Below are positions 20,576 through 29,441 of a stretch of DNA of 64,000 nucleotides, piece after piece. Under the pieces are notes generated by a model. That model was not told the origin of the DNA. It did no database searches and was given only the letters and a program-made list of their open reading frames with translations. Numbering within the stretch: the first letter of the stretch is position 1; each line of letters opens with the position of its first letter. Source of the stretch: Chitinophagales bacterium (GTDB lineage Bacteria; Bacteroidota; Bacteroidia; Chitinophagales; Chitinophagaceae); the NCBI GenBank assembly GCA_038327865.1, contig JBBQLL010000012.1:24726-88725 (forward strand). The letters run 5' to 3'. Made by a program: the position numbers and the translations under genes.

Positions 20576-21328
20576 TTATTTTTCTACCAAAAGCTTATTT
20601 ACTAATTGCTTAGACATATCTACAATATTTCTATCATAATTTATTATGTACTCAGATATTGCTGATTTCCAAGATTGAAAAAATCTTAACCCTTTATTCT
20701 TTTCTTCATTTTTTATGGTAATGCTACCTGTTTTAAGGTTACCGTCTTTTTTATATAATTTATACGAAACGACTAAATCTTTAATAGTTGGTTCAATGTA
20801 TATTTTATCCCAATGAATTGGGTAAATCAACCAAATAACATGTGTTTTCTCTACAAGTGCAAAGGTTGCTGGCACTTGTTCTACTGTTAGTTCTAATTTC
20901 TGTCCCTCTAATTTTTCGAGTAAGGTTTTGTTTACAGGCGCATTAATTGCTTTAGCAAAATTTGTAACAGCAATTTGAGTGTTTAATGTACTCGTATGTC
21001 GATAATCAATAGACCAATAGACTATTAATGGTAACACTTTTGTATGCACTTCTGTTGACGAGATATTAGTAGATGTAGAGGGATTAACGGATGTAATGGT
21101 AATATTTGAAGGTTTTACTTTTTTTTCTATCTTAGAAATTTGCCCATTGTATTCTTCTGCAATAAAAGTGTCAATTTTTTTTGAAGTTAAACAACTACTC
21201 AAAGAGATCATCGAAATGATAATAATTGCTGTAAAACGTGCCTTTTGTACTTTAATAAATGCCATAAAACTGTTTTTATGATTGTTTAAACTGTTTTGTT
21301 GTAATTGTGGTTCTGTTAATTTTTTCAC
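20576..21328 (-). CDS. Hypothetical lipoprotein
   Basis: Lipobox LSSC; the true start may be MAFIK at 21265; no family recognised. Confidence 0.7.
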   Translation of the reverse strand: MKKLTEPQLQQNSLNNHKNSFMAFIKVQKARFTAIIIISMISLSSCLTSKKIDTFIAEEYNGQISKIEKKVKPSNITITSVNPSTSTNISSTEVHTKVLPLIVYWSIDYRHTSTLNTQIAVTNFAKAINAPVNKTLLEKLEGQKLELTVEQVPATFALVEKTHVIWLIYPIHWDKIYIEPTIKDLVVSYKLYKKDGNLKTGSITIKNEEKNKGLRFFQSWKSAISEYIINYDRNIVDMSKQLVNKLLVEK

Positions 21329-21407
21329 TGTTTAATGTTGCTTTCACCAACACCTTTCATGAATCGTTGTTGGTCAAAAAACAGCAACGGTTATTTAAAA
21401 ATCCTCC

Positions 21408-21470
21408 GTCTTGGCGAGGGAAAAAGCCATCTGTCTTATGCAATTAGGTTGCTTCGTGCCTCGCAGAGTC
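21408..21470. repeat. Degenerate palindromic element of the GTCATTGCGAGG...AAGCAATCT / AGATTGCTTCG..CCTCGCAATGAC type
   Basis: Left arm GTCTTGGCGAGGGAAAAAGCCATCT, right arm AGGTTGCTTCGTGCCTCGCAGAGTC. Confidence 0.5.
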
Positions 21471-21478
21471 GTAGTAAC

Positions 21479-22369
21479 CTACACCTTCTTCAACTTCACC
21501 ACCACATCGGTATTGGTGCTGCGTAGCACTTTGGCGGTAGCGGTTTGGGTGGTGTAACCAGTGGCGGTAATGGTAAAGTTTTGGTTGCCCGTACTAGCTT
21601 TTTCAAATAGTGCCACACCTGCAGCGTCGCTGCTTTCGGTTTTGCCAGTTTTATCTAGCATTACGGTGGCATTGGCTATGGCAGTAGCGGTAGCGGCATC
21701 TTCTATATGAAACGTTACCAAATTGTGTCTACTACCAGTAATTTGTAGCTTGGCGGTAAGGTCTAGCTCGGCAGCCATAGCCGTTTTAGAAAAATACGAA
21801 TGTACCAAGCCCATAATATGCTCTATATACACATCCATCTCATCTAGCAAAGGGTCTATAATATCGGTACCATGTGTTTTTTTATGTTGGCTTACTACGG
21901 TTGGCGTCAGCATGGTTGCTTCAAACGCAGCTATGGCCGCATCCATTTTGGCAATATCGGCTGCGGCTATATTGGTTAGTAATGCAGCCTTGTCTTTAAT
22001 AGCTGTTACGGTGGCTTTGGCACGGTTTAGCGCTGTGGTAGCATCGCCATTTATATAGTAGCGTTCGCCATGGTCTAGCTGTGCAGCTAGTGCATTGTTG
22101 CCAGCACGACGGGCTTTTACAAGGCCTCTTTCGGTGTAAATAATTAGTAAGTCTGCCATGGCAGTGCGTAATTGTAGTTTGGTATCGGCATAGCCAGTGG
22201 TATCAGCCACTTGTACTTGCTGGGCTTTGTCTATCTTGTCTACCACCGCATTTAGGTCGGTTTGCTCTTGGGCAAAGTCGTCAATAGTGGCTAGTTGGGT
22301 AGCATGGGAGGTGTTAAAAGCTTGTACGCGTTTACCTGCTTCTAACCGGGCAATTTGTCGGTTGTTCAT
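21479..22369 (-). CDS. Hypothetical protein: Ala-rich helical N-terminal domain plus C-terminal carboxypeptidase-regulatory-like (Ig/transthyretin-like) domain
   Basis: 296 aa; C-term 'IEDAATATAIANATVML...SDAAGVA...YTITATGY'-like pattern; no signal peptide; GC near 50% in sampled lines. Confidence 0.78.
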   Translation of the reverse strand: MNNRQIARLEAGKRVQAFNTSHATQLATIDDFAQEQTDLNAVVDKIDKAQQVQVADTTGYADTKLQLRTAMADLLIIYTERGLVKARRAGNNALAAQLDHGERYYINGDATTALNRAKATVTAIKDKAALLTNIAAADIAKMDAAIAAFEATMLTPTVVSQHKKTHGTDIIDPLLDEMDVYIEHIMGLVHSYFSKTAMAAELDLTAKLQITGSRHNLVTFHIEDAATATAIANATVMLDKTGKTESSDAAGVALFEKASTGNQNFTITATGYTTQTATAKVLRSTNTDVVVKLKKV

Positions 22370-22608
22370 AAGGCGTGTTAGTTTGTTTGAATAATACGTT
22401 TAAATTGTAATGCCAAAGTAAACAAGACTTTTTAAATAACCAAATTATTTTATAAATAAAACCAAATGATAGGTGAATAGTGCTGACTTAGTTAGAAAAT
22501 AGAGTATGGATGACATAGGTTGGATTAATTGGCTGGCTGACTTTATATTGTAACATCCATTTGATCTATTCAATCTATCTATGCCGTGTTCAATTATCTA
22601 ATCATTGA

Positions 22609-22881
22609 TAATTGGTGTGTCAGCATCGGTAAACGCTTCGCTTGCAGCAATAAACGCAACGTCATCATCTATAAACAGTACGATAGTATCAGTAAACGCT
22701 ACGCTTGCATCAATAAACGCAACATCATCCTCTATAAACAGTACGTTAGTATCAATAAACGCTACGCTAGCATCAATAAACGGCACGTCAGCATTTATAA
22801 ACGCAACGTCAACACCCATAAACGGCACGTCAGCATCGTAAATCACTACATTAGTATCAATAAACGGCACGCTAGCATCAA
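22609..22881. repeat. Degenerate 21-bp tandem array, 13 units
   Basis: Units start every 21 nt (22609, 22630 ... 22861); consensus ~TAAACGCWACGYTAGYATCAA; units 22630-22755 show a 63-bp higher-order period. Confidence 0.95.
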
Positions 22882-22910
22882 AACGTTAGTTTTCTCAATT
22901 AGCTAAATGA

Positions 22911-22945
22911 AAACCGCCGCTAATTTTTAAAACTAGCGGCGGTTT
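22911..22945 (-). terminator. Intrinsic terminator (possibly bidirectional)
   Basis: 12-bp perfect stem AAACCGCCGCTA / TAGCGGCGGTTT, 20 nt past the stop at 22966. Confidence 0.75.
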
Positions 22946-22965
22946 AATCTTATGTATTTAACTAA

Positions 22966-23282
22966 TTATTTAAAATCTGCATCGGTTAACCCACTATTTA
23001 TTTTGGCTTCTTTTACTTTAAATTCTATTGATTGCCCACCCATATCAGCTTTTCTTGTATAAGGAATTTTAATACCACTTACTGTTTGATAATTACTCAA
23101 TTCGGCTGTGCCAGCAGTTGTAATTTCTTTCAATTTTAAGCCAGTTGTTTCGTGGTAGAAAGTTGTTACTTTACCAACAGATGCCATCTCGACAGGTAGA
23201 TAATTAGGCATTTATAAACTCATTCTTAAAGCAGTTACCGCAAATTAATAGCTGTAATACCTAAACTTTTACCTTCGAACAG
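22966..23282 (-). pseudogene. Orphan 3' fragment resembling the C-terminal domain of Bacteroidota M16 peptidases / lipoprotein-sorting-like proteins
   Basis: 'TGLKLKE...ELSNYQTVSGIKIPYT...GGQSIEFKVKEAKINSGLTDADFK*'; in-frame TAA just before the ATG at 23211; a possible out-of-frame continuation 'SLGITAIN' upstream. Confidence 0.55.
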
Positions 23283-23359
23283 CCACAAAGTGTCATGCTT
23301 TTAAAGTTCTAGCGAGACTTTAAAAAAAGTCGTATTGTACTCCCAACCAGCAACCAGCT

Positions 23360-25117
23360 TTACTTCTTTTTCTTTTTTGTTGGCAGGTAAATTTTTTCTG
23401 CTTTTTGTACAAGTGTTATAAATTCTTGCTCAATAAAACTGTTTTTATCGGCAGCAGTATTTGCAAGTTCTAAAACATCGCTAAAAGAATAGTTGTTGGC
23501 AAATGTTGAGTTTTTAAGCAACGCACCAAACATACTTACCGCAGCAGCTAAACGTACCGTTGCATTTGTTTGGTAAAGCTGTTGCGGCTGATAAATGATA
23601 GGAAAGGTTTGCGTGGTGGTACTAGCTTGTTTTGCTAGCTTATATGTAAGTTTTAATGTAGCAATGCTTTGGTTGTTACTTAGTTTAGTAGCGTCTACTA
23701 ATTCTACAACAAAAATGGCTAATGTACTATGACCACTACCCACTTCTCCGCCCTCAATTTTACTGCTGCTATCTTCAACTGCCTCTTTTTTATTATCAAA
23801 CCCAATTAAACGGTATTTTTTGACACTTTTGGCGTCAAATATTACGTTTACGTATGCATCATTGGCCACATTATAGATGGTTTTTGTAAATTCTGTTACC
23901 AATACTTTTTCAGCTTCAGCAGCATTATCTAAATAGGCAAAATTACCATTGCCTTTTTTTGCAAGTATTTCTAGCTTGCTATCTTTATAATTTCCCATAC
24001 CAACTCCAAGGCAGGTTAAATAGATGCCGCTTTGTTTTTGAATGGTAATCATATCTTCCAATGCCTGATCACTGGTTTGTCCCACATTAAAGTCTCCATC
24101 GGTAGCAAGTATTACACGGTTATTGCCATTAATTTTAAACGCCGATTTTGCAAGGGCATACGCTGTACGAATTGCCCCTTCACCTGGTGTATCTCCATTG
24201 GCAATTAGCGAATCTATCACTGCATTTATTTTACTTTTTTCACTACCATTTGTGGGTGGCAAGGCAACAGCAACATTGCCACCATACGTCACAATTGATA
24301 AAACATCAATAGCACGCAAATTTTTAATTAGTAATTTAAATCCTGCCTGAAGCAGTGGCAAGCGATTTGGCTTATCCATACTGCCAGATACATCTATTAA
24401 AAATACCAAATTACTTGGTGGCACACTATCTACATTTAGTTTAGGGGCATTTAGATTAATGAATAATAAATTGGCATTGCTACTCCAAGGGCAGTTGGTA
24501 ATTTGATTAAAACTAGAAAATTGCTCTGCTTGATTATCAACATTTTGAAAAGAAAAATTGAAATAATTTAACATTTCTTCAATACGTACAGCATTGGTTG
24601 GCACTTTTAAATTATTGTTTAAAAAACGCCTTATATTACTGTATGATGCCCTATCTATATTTAATGCAAACCCAGTTTCAGGATATTTTTCAGCAGTAAT
24701 AAAGCCATTTTCTAATAGGCTACTATAACTTTCCCCTAGCGGCCCAAACAAGCTTAATTGCTTACTAGGTAATAAATTCTTGGTAGTTGATGCTAGTCTA
24801 TTTTGCAGTAACCTAGCAGTAGCAGGTAGCATTTTTAATACCAATGTTTGGTATTGCTGGGTTTCTGTGGGTTTACGCAGGGTTTCGTAACCATCAAAAC
24901 TAAGTGTAATAGTATCTATTTTTTTTTTACTGGGAATGCCAAATAAGCCATTATCGCCGCTAAAAAATTGAAGATTGCCTTTAGAATATAATTTAATTAG
25001 CACACCAATTAATGGGCGGCCGTTTTCATCTTTTAATTGTCCACGCAAATAGTACTGCCCTAAACATGTTTTAGATAAAACAATACAAAAAAATATGGCA
25101 AGTAGTAATTGCTTCAT
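23360..25117 (-). CDS. YfbK-like VWA domain protein (CarboxypepD_reg + vWF_A + VWA + DUF3520)
   Basis: DRASYSNIRRF, VRIEEMLNYF, MIDAS DVSGSM, LATDGDFNVG, YRLIGFDN. Confidence 0.88.
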   Translation of the reverse strand: MKQLLLAIFFCIVLSKTCLGQYYLRGQLKDENGRPLIGVLIKLYSKGNLQFFSGDNGLFGIPSKKKIDTITLSFDGYETLRKPTETQQYQTLVLKMLPATARLLQNRLASTTKNLLPSKQLSLFGPLGESYSSLLENGFITAEKYPETGFALNIDRASYSNIRRFLNNNLKVPTNAVRIEEMLNYFNFSFQNVDNQAEQFSSFNQITNCPWSSNANLLFINLNAPKLNVDSVPPSNLVFLIDVSGSMDKPNRLPLLQAGFKLLIKNLRAIDVLSIVTYGGNVAVALPPTNGSEKSKINAVIDSLIANGDTPGEGAIRTAYALAKSAFKINGNNRVILATDGDFNVGQTSDQALEDMITIQKQSGIYLTCLGVGMGNYKDSKLEILAKKGNGNFAYLDNAAEAEKVLVTEFTKTIYNVANDAYVNVIFDAKSVKKYRLIGFDNKKEAVEDSSSKIEGGEVGSGHSTLAIFVVELVDATKLSNNQSIATLKLTYKLAKQASTTTQTFPIIYQPQQLYQTNATVRLAAAVSMFGALLKNSTFANNYSFSDVLELANTAADKNSFIEQEFITLVQKAEKIYLPTKKKKK

Positions 25118-25216
25118 TTACAATGTGCAATTTTTTGTATAAAGAAACGCAGAAATAATTAGTAATGATATAACAAGCTAATTTAGTTTACGCCTTACCA
25201 AATATTTAGAAACTAT

Positions 25217-25756
25217 TTAGTCTTCCTTAAGTTGATAAATTTCTCTACTATTTCGGCCTAATCCATCATAATCTAACCCATAACCCAAAACAAATTTGTT
25301 TGGTATTGTAAAGCAACAATAATCAACTGGTACAGGATACATGGTTGCATCTGGCTTATGTAATAACACAGCAATTTTTAAAGATGCAGGTTGCTGATTT
25401 AATAATTGTGGTAAAAATTGGTGTAATGTTTTACCAGTATCTATTATATCTTCTAATACTATTACATGTCTATCTGTTAAATCAGTATCTAACCCAATGG
25501 CAGTAACAATATGCCCAGTAGATTGTGTGCCTTTATAAGATGCTAATTTAATAAAACATATCTCGGCTTCAAAGGATAGTTCTTTAAATAAATCGGCACT
25601 AAATATAAACGAGCCATTAAGTACGGCTACAAACAAAGGCTTTTTACCCGTATAGTCAACCGTTAACTGTACTGCTAGTTCTTTTATTTTTTGCTGTATC
25701 TCATCTGCACTTATAAAGGGTACAAATGTTTTATTAAATAATGTTATTGTGTTCAT
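25217..25756 (-). CDS. hpt: Hypoxanthine phosphoribosyltransferase
   Basis: VLNGSFIF, SYKGTQSTG, PRPP loop VIVLEDIIDTGKTL, FVLGYGLDY. Confidence 0.95.
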   Translation of the reverse strand: MNTITLFNKTFVPFISADEIQQKIKELAVQLTVDYTGKKPLFVAVLNGSFIFSADLFKELSFEAEICFIKLASYKGTQSTGHIVTAIGLDTDLTDRHVIVLEDIIDTGKTLHQFLPQLLNQQPASLKIAVLLHKPDATMYPVPVDYCCFTIPNKFVLGYGLDYDGLGRNSREIYQLKED

Positions 25757-25785
25757 TACAATAGTTTGATTAGTAAAATACTGCG

Positions 25786-26916
25786 TTAATTACCAGAGAG
25801 TGAACTTAACTGAGATACAGTAACAGCTATTGTTTTAGGTATAGTTGGGGCGTTACCTCTTAAATAAACTTTTTCGCCAGTAAGAGGTTGCATTATTTTT
25901 TTTATGCTATTGTATGCTTCAATTTTGTCTAATCTTACACCTTCGATTTGGGAAATGTCATGTAAGGTTTCGTTAGCATTTACAACATGAAAATCAGCAC
26001 CGCCTTTGGGTAACTTTTTTTCTATAAAAATTAACTTATCAGCAGTTAATATTTCTTCCTCAGCCATATCATTAAACTCAATCAATTTAGCTAAAGAAAT
26101 GTCGTATTGGCTGGCCAATGATAATAATGAAATACCTTCTTTGGCATAAATAACTTTACTATGGTTAATGGTGAAGATGCCTTCGGGAAAGTTGGTTTTC
26201 TCTTTATTTGCCAATACTTTTTTAGTAGCATTTGGGTTAATAATAATTACAGAATCGTTTGTAACACCTTCAGCACTTTTTCTTTGGTTTTCCTGTAATT
26301 GTTTAGAGGAAATTTTTATAATCAATTCAGGTGCCATTATTGTGTCTTCATAAATTTCTTCTTTGGTCGTATTGGCAGCTAAGGTTTGATTACTATTATT
26401 TGGCAGTTTGTTTAATGCTATTAATGTATATTGATTTAAATTATAATCATTAATAACTTTTATTAATTTTTGGGGGTAATCTCTCTCGGTGGCGTAGCCG
26501 GCTTTTTTTAATCCTTTAGCCCAACCTTCAAAATCTTTTGGGTCTATTTTAAATAGAAAGTCGTACCAAGCCCTTGTTCTTAAAAAATTAGAATGGTCTT
26601 TGTACGATTCTGCGGCAGATTGGTAGCTTCTAAAACATTCACCTCTGCTATCATCGTCATGGTACACTTTTTCGCCTGTCCATTCTGTTTTACATTTAAT
26701 GCCAAAATGGTTATTCGATTCTTTACATAAATCGCTTTCACCATAGGCAGACTCTAAAATACCTTGTGCCAATGTAATAGAAGCAGGCACACCACTACGT
26801 TGCATTTCTATAATGGCAATCTCTTTATATAAAGCAATATAGTTGTTGGCTTTTTCTTTTTGTGCATTTGCGGCAATAGCAACCATCAAAAGAAATAGTA
26901 AAATAAGTTGTCTCAT
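25786..26916 (-). CDS. GH73 glucosaminidase (peptidoglycan hydrolase) with LysM domains
   Basis: ITLAQGILES, NNHFGIKC, CFRSY, AGYAT; C-terminal LysM-like segments. Confidence 0.88.
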   Translation of the reverse strand: MRQLILLFLLMVAIAANAQKEKANNYIALYKEIAIIEMQRSGVPASITLAQGILESAYGESDLCKESNNHFGIKCKTEWTGEKVYHDDDSRGECFRSYQSAAESYKDHSNFLRTRAWYDFLFKIDPKDFEGWAKGLKKAGYATERDYPQKLIKVINDYNLNQYTLIALNKLPNNSNQTLAANTTKEEIYEDTIMAPELIIKISSKQLQENQRKSAEGVTNDSVIIINPNATKKVLANKEKTNFPEGIFTINHSKVIYAKEGISLLSLASQYDISLAKLIEFNDMAEEEILTADKLIFIEKKLPKGGADFHVVNANETLHDISQIEGVRLDKIEAYNSIKKIMQPLTGEKVYLRGNAPTIPKTIAVTVSQLSSLSGN

Positions 26917-27563
26917 TTGGGTATTTTTTTTATAAATAACAAACCATCTCTTACGGTTAGCAGTACTTGTGTCACTCTATTATCAGCAGCAATATATTTA
27001 TTAAATGCATCTATTGCTTTAGCATTTTTGCTTTTTAAAGGTTGTTCTAAAACCTGACCATGAAATAGCACATTATCTGCAATTATTAATCCGTTATCAC
27101 GCAACATGGGAAGCACCATTTCGTAGTACGCTATATAGCCAGTTTTATCTGCATCAATAAACACTAAATCCCATTTATAAGATAATGTTGGTATAATATC
27201 CAATGCCTTACCTAGGTGCAAATGTATTTTTTTATGTTCGTTAAACTTGCTAAAATTTAATTTAGCCGTTGCGGCATCTTCAGCTCTCATTTCTATAGTA
27301 TGCAATTCGCCATCAGTTTGTAAGCCAGCAGCCAAACACAGCGCACTATAACCAGTAAATGTACCTATCTCTAAAACGTATTTTGGTTGCATTAATTGGC
27401 TGATAAATGTTAAAAGTTTTCCTTGCACCTTACCACTAAGCATGTGGTTTAGTGGGTGAGAGGCAACAGTTTGTTGATTAATGCTTGCTAATAAATCATC
27501 TTCAGCCGATGTCATTTGGTCGGCGTATTGTTCTAGTAATTCTGGAAGCAATGTCTGGACCAT
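26913..27563 (-). CDS. Caffeoyl-CoA-type O-methyltransferase (Methyltransf_3)
   Basis: LEIGTFTGYSAL, DLVFIDADK, IADNVLFHG. Confidence 0.9.
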   Translation of the reverse strand: MVQTLLPELLEQYADQMTSAEDDLLASINQQTVASHPLNHMLSGKVQGKLLTFISQLMQPKYVLEIGTFTGYSALCLAAGLQTDGELHTIEMRAEDAATAKLNFSKFNEHKKIHLHLGKALDIIPTLSYKWDLVFIDADKTGYIAYYEMVLPMLRDNGLIIADNVLFHGQVLEQPLKSKNAKAIDAFNKYIAADNRVTQVLLTVRDGLLFIKKIPK

Positions 27564-27636
27564 AATTATGCTGATTAGAAAAATTTTATTGATAAATAAA
27601 TTATACTAGAATGACTGTTACATCTATATTTTTTAG

Positions 27637-29103
27637 TTAAATCTGCGTCATATGTATGCCGATTGTTTTTCGCGAAACTGCAAGCAATCCTAAAAACGTC
27701 AATCCACCATTAATAATTAATAACTCTAAACCAATTTCAAAATTGCCAAACAATTGCTTTTGGTATTTATCAAGTATAAAGCAAATAATTGGCGATGCCA
27801 CACAAATAAATGGCACTAAATTATCATTTACCGCACGTTTGGTTACAATACCAAATGTGAACAAGCCTAATAAAGGCCCGTAAGTATAAGCGGCTACTTT
27901 TAAAATTACACCAATCATACTAGGGTTATTTATCCATTTAAAAACCATTACAAACAATAAAAAAACGACAGCCACAGTTAAATGTACAATTTGTCTTATG
28001 CGTTTTTGTTTAGTGTCATCCCAATCTGTTCTACGTTTTATAGCCAAAATATCTATACAGAAAGAGGAAGTTAAAGCTGTAATAGCACCATCAGCACTAG
28101 GAAATAGGGCAGAGATTAATGCAATAATAAAAATAATAGATACAAATGGCGGCATGTGATTTAGCGCTATTTCAGGAAATAATTTATCGCCTGTTGCTGC
28201 TACATTTTGGTTACTGGCATATAAATACAATAATCCACCTAAGAATAAAAATAGTAGCAATACTACCATTAATATTACGCCAAGTGTTAGTACATTTTTC
28301 TGACTATCTCCTAATTTTTTCACAGAAATGGTTTTCTGCATCATTTCCTGATCCATACCTGTCATTGTAATGGCGATAAATGCACCTGCAACAATTTGTT
28401 TTACAAAAAACAGCTTGCTGTTAGGATCGGTAAAAAATATTTTTGTATAGCCTTTTGCGTTCATAGCAGCAATGCTTTCGCCAAAGCCTAAGTGCAAATT
28501 GTTTAAAATATATATCACACAAATTATTAAACCTGCCAACATACAAGTGGTTTGTAACGTATCGGTATACACAATCGTTTTTACGCCACCTTCAAAAGTG
28601 TACAATAAAATCATAATTAAAATAACCAAGGTTGTTAACCAAAATGGCACGCCAAAACTCTCTAAAATAGCATCTTGCAAAATTTTTACTACCAAATATA
28701 ACCTAGCTGTTGCGCCTAATGTACGAGACAATATGAAAAAGGAAGCACCCGTTTTATAGGCTTTAAAACCAAGTCTTGTACCTAAAAAATTATAAATTGA
28801 AGTAAGATTGAGCCGATAATATAACGGCAGCAACACAAACGCAATAGTGGCATAGCCAATAACATAGCCTAAGGTTATTTGAAAATACGCAAACGATTCT
28901 TTAACCACTGCACCTGGCACACTTACAAACGTAACACCACTTAAACTAGTACCAATCATGCCAAAAGCCACCAACATCCAATTACTATTGCGGTTACCAA
29001 TAAAAAACGATTCATTATTACTATTTCTACCTGTATACCAAGCAACACCCAAAAGCACAATAAAATAAACAATAACAAAACCAAACAACATAAATGGACT
29101 CAT
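27637..29103 (-). CDS. Sodium:solute symporter family protein
   Basis: MIGTSLSGVTFVSVPG, GGVKTIVYTDTLQ, TGMDQEMMQK; ~13 TM segments. Confidence 0.9.
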   Translation of the reverse strand: MSPFMLFGFVIVYFIVLLGVAWYTGRNSNNESFFIGNRNSNWMLVAFGMIGTSLSGVTFVSVPGAVVKESFAYFQITLGYVIGYATIAFVLLPLYYRLNLTSIYNFLGTRLGFKAYKTGASFFILSRTLGATARLYLVVKILQDAILESFGVPFWLTTLVILIMILLYTFEGGVKTIVYTDTLQTTCMLAGLIICVIYILNNLHLGFGESIAAMNAKGYTKIFFTDPNSKLFFVKQIVAGAFIAITMTGMDQEMMQKTISVKKLGDSQKNVLTLGVILMVVLLLFLFLGGLLYLYASNQNVAATGDKLFPEIALNHMPPFVSIIFIIALISALFPSADGAITALTSSFCIDILAIKRRTDWDDTKQKRIRQIVHLTVAVVFLLFVMVFKWINNPSMIGVILKVAAYTYGPLLGLFTFGIVTKRAVNDNLVPFICVASPIICFILDKYQKQLFGNFEIGLELLIINGGLTFLGLLAVSRKTIGIHMTQI

Positions 29104-29441
29104 ACACTATTTGATTTTATCAAATAAAAAAATATGGCGACAAGATAAAACTATTTATGAAACCCTAAACCCAAAAGGAAAACTGCCAATTGGCAAACTA
29201 ATTTAACTACCAAATAATTAGGTTAGATAAAGTATAAGTATAGCAATGCAATGGTATTAAATACATTATTACAACCTTTTTTGTTTTTTAGTTAACACGC
29301 AAACTCGTTTAACTGCCACTAAACATAGTACTACAACCTTGTACTAAATGCGTAAATGAAGCCGATATGTTGTACTAGCTATCATGGGTTTTCTCAGTAG
29401 CATCTTTGCAATGTCCTATCCAACATCCAAATATTTATTCT

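Noticed and set aside
18795-21470. Integron with attC cassettes
   Set aside because: No intI, and the hairpins lack convincing RYYYAAC/GTTRRRY boxes with correct spacing; kept only as REP-like elements
22468-22579. Long hairpin upstream of the 21479 gene (GATAGGTGAATAG/CTATTCAATCTATC; ATGGATG/CATCCAT)
   Set aside because: Arms are asymmetrically spaced (25 vs 5 nt) and AT-rich, so it is plausibly chance
22609-22881. CRISPR array
   Set aside because: Units are contiguous 21-mers with no unique spacers, and there are no cas genes in the window
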